Below, one piece after another: positions 1-6,067 of a DNA stretch of 32,380 bases. Every line of letters begins with the position of its first letter. Position 1 is the first letter of the stretch. Location of the stretch: the IMG/VR virus record IMGVR_UViG_3300027956_000006. One strand, given 5' to 3'. This stretch comes from a virus. Both the position numbers and the translations under genes were made by a program. The notes beneath the pieces were generated by a model. It did no database searches. It worked only from the letters and a program-made list of their open reading frames with translations, and was not told where the DNA came from.

Positions 1-11
1 AGGAAATAGAT

Positions 12-194
12 ATGAATAAAAAAAATAAAAAAGATGTAACAACTATGCTAAAAAAAATATGGTTTGATATTTGTGTTTTAGAACGTGATTACAATATAGA
101 GTATACTGGTTATATGACACAAATTTTGAAATTTATTATTCAATGTATAGCTGATAAATATAAAATTACTTTGGAATTAAAAAAGGAAAGGTGA
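12..194 (+). CDS. small hypothetical protein
   Basis: 60-aa ORF preceded by AGGA; its stop overlaps the GTG start of the next ORF (GTGA). Confidence 0.55.
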   Translation: MNKKNKKDVTTMLKKIWFDICVLERDYNIEYTGYMTQILKFIIQCIADKYKITLELKKER

Positions 195-424
195 GTGTGA
201 TGAATATAAAATGTATTTTAGTTAGAGACGATGGTTCGCAAGAAGAAGTACCTATATTTATATTAATAAAATGTTCCACACAACCAGGGCGTGGTGGTTG
301 TATGACAGAATGTATTTCAAGTATCGATGACCATTTGTATCGTAGTCAATTATTAGGTGATCATAGTAGATGGGAAATAGAGAAACTAGATAATTTATCA
401 GAAACACCAAGAGCATGCTTATAG
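191..424 (+). CDS. small hypothetical protein (Cys-containing)
   Basis: 77-aa ORF with AAGGAAAG upstream, coupled to the previous ORF; its stop lies inside the 5' end of tRNA-Gln. Confidence 0.55.
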   Translation: MSVMNIKCILVRDDGSQEEVPIFILIKCSTQPGRGGCMTECISSIDDHLYRSQLLGDHSRWEIEKLDNLSETPRACL

Positions 425-488
425 TGTAAATGAATAACAAGCGAGCATCTGAAGCTCGAAACTCGAAGTTTAAATCTTCGTAAGCACC
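415..488 (+). tRNA. tRNA-Gln(CTG), atypical
   Basis: Manual cloverleaf: acceptor ATGCTTA/TAAGCAC (1:72 mismatch), anticodon arm CGAGC-ATCTGAA-GCTCG, T arm CGAAG-TTTAAAT-CTTCG. D stem imperfect; no CCA. Confidence 0.7.
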
Positions 489-491
489 CTA

Positions 492-641
492 ATGATAATG
501 GATGATATAACTAAAAAGATTATTGAAACAAATAAAAACTTAGAACAAGTCAACAGAAACTTAGAAAAACTTATGGAAGACATGTTTTTCGACTTTCTGG
601 AATATGAAATTAACTGGAATTTAAATTTGCGTTTTCTTTAA
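492..641 (+). CDS. small hypothetical coiled-coil protein (49 aa, below ORF-track cutoff)
   Basis: Manual translation MIMDDITKKIIETNKNLEQVNRNLEKLMEDMFFDFLEYEINWNLNLRFL; fills the gap between tRNA-Gln and the ORF at 644. Confidence 0.5.
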   Translation: MIMDDITKKIIETNKNLEQVNRNLEKLMEDMFFDFLEYEINWNLNLRFL

Positions 642-643
642 TA

Positions 644-835
644 ATGGCAAGACCTATTGAAGCAACTCCAACACTAAGAGGTAAAGATGCAGAGATTTTT
701 CTACGTGATTTTGAAGAAGTAAATCGTTTAATGCAAGATCCTGTGTATCGAAAAAAACAATTAGAGTTTCTAGAAGAATGTAAGAGGTTATATGAAGCGT
801 TCGAAAGTAGAAGAGTTTCAACCTTATATGGCTGA
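644..835 (+). CDS. small protein with MARPIxxTPxLxGxDAxxF N-terminus (possible antitoxin-like family)
   Basis: 63-aa ORF; the N-terminal motif resembles, from recall only, small proteins encoded next to GNAT toxins. Confidence 0.6.
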   Translation: MARPIEATPTLRGKDAEIFLRDFEEVNRLMQDPVYRKKQLEFLEECKRLYEAFESRRVSTLYG

Positions 836-986
836 GATAGATTATACACCCGGTAGATTTGAAGCGTTGATGTTAGAAATGAAAAATAAGATTTTTAAAA
901 ATACAGGAATACCAAGAATATTTTTAAAGATATATCCTAAATCGTATCTAGACACAAAGAGAGGATTATTCATTTTTAAAAAATAA
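828..986 (+). CDS. small hypothetical protein
   Basis: In frame with ORF-track 792..986; ATG at 828 overlaps the end of the previous gene and is the likelier start. Confidence 0.5.
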   Translation: MAEIDYTPGRFEALMLEMKNKIFKNTGIPRIFLKIYPKSYLDTKRGLFIFKK

Positions 987-987
987 C

Positions 988-1060
988 GCGCTTATAGTGT
1001 AATAGGATCGCACATCAGTTTCCTAAACTGAAAGAGTAGATTCGAATTCTACTTAGCGCA
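988..1060 (+). tRNA. tRNA-Arg(CCT)
   Basis: Acceptor GCGCTTA/TTAGCGC, D arm GTGT..GCAC, anticodon arm TCAGT-TTCCTAA-ACTGA, T arm GTAGA-TTCGAAT-TCTAC; no CCA. Confidence 0.9.
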
Positions 1061-1072
1061 TTAAAAAAATAT

Positions 1073-1267
1073 ATGGATAAGAATAACGCTTTAGATATTG
1101 TTTATAATCATGATCATTCAATAATACAAATTAAATATAATACTTTTTTAAATTTTAAAATTCATGAACATGTTTTTGTTATATTAACATATTTATATTT
1201 AACAGAACATATTAGTATTATGGAATTGTGTAAATGTTATCAGGAGCAATTTGCCCTTATAGACTAA
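1073..1267 (+). CDS. small hypothetical protein between tRNAs
   Basis: 64-aa ORF filling the tRNA spacer; its last codons overlap tRNA-Arg(TCT). Confidence 0.4.
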   Translation: MDKNNALDIVYNHDHSIIQIKYNTFLNFKIHEHVFVILTYLYLTEHISIMELCKCYQEQFALID

Positions 1268-1326
1268 ATGAATAAGTCATCATGCTTCTAACGTGAGATA
1301 TGTTGGTTTGAATCCAACTAAGGGCA
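1253..1326 (+). tRNA. tRNA-Arg(TCT)
   Basis: Acceptor GCCCTTA/TAAGGGC, D arm GACT..AGTC, anticodon arm TCATG-CTTCTAA-CGTGA, T arm GTTGG-TTTGAAT-CCAAC. Confidence 0.9.
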
Positions 1327-1335
1327 CTAATAAGA

Positions 1336-1374
1336 TTGTATTAATTTATACAAAGAGTTGTATTAATTTATACA
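1336..1374. promoter_or_regulatory. tandem quasi-palindromic 17-mer (putative double operator/promoter)
   Basis: TTGTATTAATTTATACA at 1336-1352 and 1358-1374 (22-bp period); each copy is TGTAT-N6-ATACA; directly upstream of the tRNA-Leu genes. Confidence 0.5.
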
Positions 1375-1385
1375 GAAAAATGATG

Positions 1386-1467
1386 GTCGAAGTGGCGGAA
1401 TGGCAGACGCAATCGTTTCAAAAGCGATCGATTAATAATCATAAGAGTTCAACTCTCTTCTTCGACA
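1386..1467 (+). tRNA. tRNA-Leu(CAA)
   Basis: Acceptor GTCGAAG/CTTCGAC, D arm GCGGAATGGCAGACGC, anticodon arm ATCGT-TTCAAAA-GCGAT, long variable arm, T arm AAGAG-TTCAACT-CTCTT. Confidence 0.92.
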
Positions 1468-1472
1468 TTAAC

Positions 1473-1555
1473 GCAAGAGTGGCGGAATGGCAGACGCCTC
1501 GGTCTTAAAAGCCGATGTCCGAAAGGATGTAAGAGTTCAACTCTCTTCTCTTGCA
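1473..1555 (+). tRNA. tRNA-Leu(TAA)
   Basis: Acceptor GCAAGAG/CTCTTGC, anticodon arm TCGGT-CTTAAAA-GCCGA, variable arm TCC-GAAA-GGA; D and T arms match tRNA-Leu(CAA). Confidence 0.92.
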
Positions 1556-1568
1556 CTTTATTAATAAT

Positions 1569-1649
1569 GCCAGCGTGGCGAAATCGAAAACGCGATAGCC
1601 TTAGAAGCTATTGTCGCAAGACTTGAAAGTTCAACTCTTTCCGCTGGTA
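1569..1649 (+). tRNA. tRNA-Leu(TAG)
   Basis: Acceptor GCCAGCG/CGCTGGT, anticodon arm ATAGC-CTTAGAA-GCTAT, variable arm GTC-GCAA-GAC, T arm GAAAG-TTCAACT-CTTTC. Confidence 0.9.
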
Positions 1650-1660
1650 CAAAAATAATT

Positions 1661-1735
1661 GGCTAAGTAGCATAGTTTGATCAATGCGTTCGTTTCATAA
1701 GCGAAAGATCAGTGGTTTAAATCCACTCTTAGCCA
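1661..1735 (+). tRNA. tRNA with CAT anticodon, probably elongator Met (Ile2 not excluded)
   Basis: Acceptor GGCTAAG/CTTAGCC with G1-C72 paired, so not initiator; anticodon arm TTCGT-TTCATAA-GCGAA, T arm AGTGG-TTTAAAT-CCACT. Confidence 0.88.
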
Positions 1736-1745
1736 CTATATTAAT

Positions 1746-2963
1746 ATGTATAAAGAAATCCTATCTCTTATCTCTCAAAATAAAAATGTGTTTATTACCG
1801 GGCAAGCTGGTACAGGGAAATCTCATACCTTAACACGATTAAAACATGATTTACCGGAGTTAGTAGTAACAGCGTCAACTGGTGTTGCAGCAATTAATAT
1901 ACATGGACAAACCATACATAGTTTTGCTGGTTTAGGGTATGGTCTTAAATCGGCAAAACAAATTGCTTCTTCTATGCGTTTAGAAAAAAAATATAAAATC
2001 AAAGATTGTACATTATTGGCAATAGATGAAATTTCCATGTTATCAGCTGAGACATTTAATTTAATTAATACTGTTTTTAAATTAATTAAAAGTACTGATT
2101 TACCTTTTGGTGGTATACAATTGATAGTGATAGGTGATTTTTTACAATTACCACCAGTATCAAAAGATAATCAAGCTATAAATTTTGCTTTTGAAAGCAC
2201 CGCATGGAAAGAAGCTAATTTTATTAACAAAGTCTTAACTAAACAATATAGACAACAAGATATTAATTTTCTTTCTGATCTGAATAAAGTAAGATTGGGC
2301 GATATAACCACCATCGATAATACATCAGAAATAACTATTGATACGAATAATGCAGTACATCTTTTTGCTTTAAATCGTATCGCTGACGCACACAATAAAA
2401 CAAAGCTTGATTCTTTAAGAGGAGCAGAATATCATTTTCAGGCGATTGATATTGGTTTTACCAGTATGGTGGAAAAAATTGATAAAGATTGTCTTGTCCC
2501 AAAAGACCTTTATTTAAAAATTGGGGCAAGAGTAATGTTATTAATAAATAAATATATTGATCTTGGATTAAGTAACGGTTCTCTTGGTGAGGTTATAGAT
2601 ATTATTAATGCATCAGAATATCAACATGCAATTGTAAAGGTTAGATTTGATAATGGTATTGAAGTATTGTTAGGCTATGAGGTAGTAGCTAAGATTATTG
2701 ATAAAAATAAAACAAGAAACCAAGAATTAGCTTCTAGAGAACAAATACCATTACGTCTTGCATACGCTTTAACAATACACAAGGCACAAGGGTTAACACT
2801 AGATAGTGTGTGTATTGACTGTAATGGAACTTTTGAATGTGGACAAATTTATGTAGCATTAAGCAGAGTCCGTTCTAAAAATAATTTAATTATTAAAAAT
2901 CTTAAACCAAACATGATTAAAGCAAATAAAAAAGCGTTAGCTTTTTATAAGGAGTTGCAATGA
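1746..2963 (+). CDS. Pif1/RecD-like SF1B DNA helicase
   Basis: Walker A GQAGTGKS, TASTGVAA, TIHSF, Walker B IDEISM, GDFLQLPPV, AYALTIHKAQGLTL, YVALSRVR. Confidence 0.93.
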   Translation: MYKEILSLISQNKNVFITGQAGTGKSHTLTRLKHDLPELVVTASTGVAAINIHGQTIHSFAGLGYGLKSAKQIASSMRLEKKYKIKDCTLLAIDEISMLSAETFNLINTVFKLIKSTDLPFGGIQLIVIGDFLQLPPVSKDNQAINFAFESTAWKEANFINKVLTKQYRQQDINFLSDLNKVRLGDITTIDNTSEITIDTNNAVHLFALNRIADAHNKTKLDSLRGAEYHFQAIDIGFTSMVEKIDKDCLVPKDLYLKIGARVMLLINKYIDLGLSNGSLGEVIDIINASEYQHAIVKVRFDNGIEVLLGYEVVAKIIDKNKTRNQELASREQIPLRLAYALTIHKAQGLTLDSVCIDCNGTFECGQIYVALSRVRSKNNLIIKNLKPNMIKANKKALAFYKELQ

Positions 2964-3703
2964 AGCGATTTGTCATTGGTGACATTCATGGAGCCCACAA
3001 AGCATTAATACAATGTTTGCAACGTTCGAAATTCGATTATCAAAACGGTAAACTCATAGTGCTTGGCGATGTTTGTGATGGTTGGACAGAAACAAAACAA
3101 TGTATAAAAGAACTTTTAAAGATTAAGAATTTGATTTTAATTCGGAGTAATCACGACGCATGGACATTAGATTACTTTAAAAATGGTAAAAAAGAATATA
3201 TGTGGGTAACGCAAGGTGGTGCTAATACCATAAATTCATATAAAGACAAAATGCCCGAATCGCATATTAAGTTTCTAGAATCTGCGATACTTTGGCATAT
3301 TGAAGACAATATCCTTTTTGTACACGGAGGCATAAAACCAGGAACCTTTGTTGAAAACAATGGTGCTGAAGATATCATGTGGGATCGAGACTTGATTTTT
3401 AATGCTCATAAAAAAGGATATAATCGTACAGATTATAGGATGCAAGATATATATAGTGAAATTTTTGTAGGTCATACAACAACAGGAAATTTTGATAAAA
3501 CATACAAACCAGTTAAATTCTGTGAAATTACTGATCTAGATACAGGTGGTGGTTGGGAAGGAAAGCTCACAATAATGGATCTCGATACTAGAGAATATTG
3601 GCAGTCAGATTTCGTGAAGACACTCTATCCGAAGAGCGACGGTAGAAAAGATTATATTATTAAAGAAAAGATGTATTCTCGTTTATTCCATGAACACCCA
3701 TGA
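2960..3703 (+). CDS. calcineurin-like metallophosphoesterase, Ser/Thr protein phosphatase (lambda NinI-like) type
   Basis: Motifs GDIHG, LGDVCDG, SNHD (GNH variant), FVHGG, WDR, VGHT, DTGG; ATGA overlap with the helicase. Confidence 0.88.
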   Translation: MKRFVIGDIHGAHKALIQCLQRSKFDYQNGKLIVLGDVCDGWTETKQCIKELLKIKNLILIRSNHDAWTLDYFKNGKKEYMWVTQGGANTINSYKDKMPESHIKFLESAILWHIEDNILFVHGGIKPGTFVENNGAEDIMWDRDLIFNAHKKGYNRTDYRMQDIYSEIFVGHTTTGNFDKTYKPVKFCEITDLDTGGGWEGKLTIMDLDTREYWQSDFVKTLYPKSDGRKDYIIKEKMYSRLFHEHP

Positions 3704-3719
3704 TTATTGATACCAATGA

Positions 3720-3968
3720 TTAATGTTTCGCTATTTGAGATAATGTAGATGTAATACATGATGTAATCACTAAAGCTTCATGTGGTGTCATTTCAATACC
3801 AAATTCTTTGATGTATGCACCACTTAAGCAAAGCTTTACAATATCATTTTTATATTTATGAGGTTTTTTATTTAAGCCACAACACACATAATCTTTTTTA
3901 GCGAATTTCTGTAAACATGGAATACATTCTTTTTTTCTAGGACATTTCATTTTTTTTATATTGAACAA
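3720..3968 (-). CDS. small Cys-rich hypothetical protein
   Basis: 82-aa ORF with several Cys; overlaps the end of the upstream phosphoesterase; last gene of the - strand block. Confidence 0.55.
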   Translation of the reverse strand: MFNIKKMKCPRKKECIPCLQKFAKKDYVCCGLNKKPHKYKNDIVKLCLSGAYIKEFGIEMTPHEALVITSCITSTLSQIAKH

Positions 3969-4816
3969 TGTATATCAATGTAAAATGCATCGTTATTATT
4001 CTTTTGGTCCCTTTTTGGGGTTAACTCTATTTTAAGCACCCCTAAATCTGTTGGAGACATGGCACCTTTTGCGATATAACTTGGTGCGTTATCAACATAC
4101 CCTTTTAAAAAAGAACCAGTTCTGCCTAATAAAACTTTTTTTTGATTTAATTTAACACCAAATTTACTGTCTGATAAATATAGACTTGTTTTAAAACCAA
4201 CAGATTTTTTGTGGTCATGCCCCATTAAATGGATTTGGGCATTACTTATTTCTGACATTTGTTCGACACTATTTAAACTACCACCAACTAAACGTGACGC
4301 CCCCTTACCATGATGTGCCCAAATATCAACTGAGGCATGTTTATGTCCATATGTAAATGCTAGACGTATAAAAGAACTAACCCCAAGATATTTAGTATTA
4401 AGTTTTTGACACATCATTTGTGTTGTTGTCATACCAGATTGTAGAATGCCATGATGATTGCCTTCAATAAACCCTATTAATTCCCCTTTCATAAAATCTA
4501 TTTCTTCGCAAAGACGATTAGTTTGTGAAACCATTAAATCATCAAGTGTTTGGTACGATGACTCATGCAATAAGGCGGCAGTTAATGCTTTTCTTTCATT
4601 AAATGATAGGAAATCACAATAATCCCCCATTCCCAGGAATAGGCTGTTTTTTTTATTTTTAGCCCAAACTAAGAATTCGTTCCATTTATTAACATCGCAT
4701 AATGGTGCAAAACGATGCATGTCGCCAAATGGTATAAGGTATATTGGTTCATTAATATTAGTGACATTGATTTGATGTTTATGTATCGTAAATATACTAT
4801 CACTTATCATTTTCAT
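3956..4816 (-). CDS. calcineurin-like metallophosphoesterase (phage type)
   Basis: All five motifs GDMH, GDYCD, GNHH, HHG, GHDH; RBS AAGGAG. Confidence 0.85.
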   Translation of the reverse strand: MKMISDSIFTIHKHQINVTNINEPIYLIPFGDMHRFAPLCDVNKWNEFLVWAKNKKNSLFLGMGDYCDFLSFNERKALTAALLHESSYQTLDDLMVSQTNRLCEEIDFMKGELIGFIEGNHHGILQSGMTTTQMMCQKLNTKYLGVSSFIRLAFTYGHKHASVDIWAHHGKGASRLVGGSLNSVEQMSEISNAQIHLMGHDHKKSVGFKTSLYLSDSKFGVKLNQKKVLLGRTGSFLKGYVDNAPSYIAKGAMSPTDLGVLKIELTPKRDQKNNNDAFYIDIHCSI

Positions 4817-4834
4817 ACTCCTTTATATTTATTT

Positions 4835-5080
4835 TCATTTTGTTTGCGTGCATGAATTTGCTTTTTGTTCTAACTCAAGATATTTTCCCATGTAAAGTAC
4901 TATTAAATTCTCTTCAGCTTGGTATGTTTTTAGTTCATCAGCAGGTTGTTTTTTAGCTTGAAATGTGACACCTTGAGGTATATACCAAGATTCTTCTTTA
5001 GAAATTAGGATAGGATTAGGTTTTGTTGTAATGCAACCCTGTAATAAAAAAAGTATTAATAAACTTTGTATCAACTTCAT
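4835..5080 (-). CDS. lipoprotein, putative o-spanin (Rz1-like)
   Basis: Signal peptide MKLIQSLLILFLLQG-C with lipobox Cys; ATGA overlap with the upstream membrane protein; downstream of the holin. Confidence 0.6.
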   Translation of the reverse strand: MKLIQSLLILFLLQGCITTKPNPILISKEESWYIPQGVTFQAKKQPADELKTYQAEENLIVLYMGKYLELEQKANSCTQTK

Positions 5081-5328
5081 TTTTTATCTCCTTTTAAATA
5101 ATCATATTTATCTCTCATTTCTTCTAACCAATGTCTTATTTTATCTACTAAATACATATCAGGTATTATTAATGCAGCAGCAAGTTTAGTCTCTAAATCA
5201 TTAAATATAGCCCATATCTTTTCTTTTTCTTTTTTTTCTCTTAAAGCTGGATCAAAAAAATATGCTAAGATCATTAACGCATTAGCTATAATTGAGGTAA
5301 TATTATTTGCCATATAAATAATAGCCAT
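5077..5328 (-). CDS. small membrane-anchored helical protein, putative i-spanin-like
   Basis: N-terminal hydrophobic stretch followed by charged helices; lies between holin and lipoprotein; alternative start at 5313. Confidence 0.45.
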   Translation of the reverse strand: MAIIYMANNITSIIANALMILAYFFDPALREKKEKEKIWAIFNDLETKLAAALIIPDMYLVDKIRHWLEEMRDKYDYLKGDKK

Positions 5329-5356
5329 ACCCTTATTTTATTAAGAGTATGGCTAT
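5321..5356 (-). promoter_or_regulatory. 15-bp stem-loop (terminator-like or translational control)
   Basis: Minus strand ATAGCCATACTCTTA-ATAAAA-TAAGGGTATGGCTAT with one U-G wobble that pairs only on the - strand; followed by TATTTAT. Confidence 0.6.
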
Positions 5357-5366
5357 CCTTATCATA

Positions 5367-5645
5367 TTATTCGTTTTTAAGAGTAGTTTTTACAGTATCA
5401 TATGCTAACACAGAACCACCCGATAGACCTAATACTAAGAACAATTTTTCAATTGTAGTAGAAAAATCAGGATTTAAACCAACAATATTTCCTATGATAA
5501 CATATATACCAGCTAATATTACTACTACAATTGGGGCGAATCTCTTTAATTTTGGCAAATATTTTTTCACCAAATTTGTTACCCAAGGTATCCCCCCCAG
5601 AGATACTATTAAATTAATAACCAACTCTAATGTTTTATTTTCCAC
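5367..5645 (-). CDS. putative holin
   Basis: 92 aa with three hydrophobic segments and a charged C-terminus; GTG start with AAAGGAG RBS; follows the tail genes. Confidence 0.7.
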   Translation of the reverse strand: MENKTLELVINLIVSLGGIPWVTNLVKKYLPKLKRFAPIVVVILAGIYVIIGNIVGLNPDFSTTIEKLFLVLGLSGGSVLAYDTVKTTLKNE

Positions 5646-5726
5646 TTTTAATCTCCTTTCGAATATAGTAAAATTAAAGTTTATATTTTGTTATTAAAAC
5701 TATATCCCTCCTTTCATTCCATTATT

Positions 5727-5888
5727 TTATTCCATTGTTTCTATAAATTCATCTATAATATCTTTTATTTCATATAATTGTTTTTTATAAGACAAATTTT
5801 TAAAACACAAAATTTGTTTTATTATATGGCTCAACTTATCCAATGTCGCATAACTTACCTTAATAGTATAGATCTTCTTTGATTTCAT
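5727..5888 (-). CDS. small hypothetical protein, possible ribbon-helix-helix (53 aa, below ORF-track cutoff)
   Basis: Manual translation MKSKKIYTIKVSYATLDKLSHIIKQILCFKNLSYKKQLYEIKDIIDEFIETME; TIKVS followed by a helical pattern. Confidence 0.45.
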   Translation of the reverse strand: MKSKKIYTIKVSYATLDKLSHIIKQILCFKNLSYKKQLYEIKDIIDEFIETME

Positions 5889-6054
5889 TATGTTGTATAA
5901 TATCTGTTAAAATATTTTTATTGATAATACATGAAAATCCACAAATATGACATGTTAATCTGAAATCATCACCACCCCAAAATTCAGAACACAAAACACC
6001 ATGACAATATGTTTTATCCCTTTTTTTATGTTTTATTGTGGTTTGATATTTCAT
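5860..6054 (-). CDS. small possible zinc-ribbon protein
   Basis: 64 aa with CHGVLC ... CHICG. Confidence 0.5.
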   Translation of the reverse strand: MKYQTTIKHKKRDKTYCHGVLCSEFWGGDDFRLTCHICGFSCIINKNILTDIIQHNEIKEDLYY

Positions 6055-6067
6055 CTGAGTAGATATT

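Noticed and set aside
1336-1375. LexA (SOS) box
   Set aside because: Spacing is TTGT-N10-ACAG, not CTGT-N8-ACAG.
1293-1508. 71-aa ORF with repeated VAEWQT
   Set aside because: It is a translation of tRNA genes; the repeat is the shared tRNA-Leu D arm.
3704-3719. Bidirectional terminator at the convergence point
   Set aside because: The 16-bp gap contains no convincing hairpin.
5646-5726. Hidden gene after the strong SD-like GAAAGGAGGG upstream of the holin
   Set aside because: No start codon at suitable spacing and no open frame of useful length; only a weak AT-rich hairpin.
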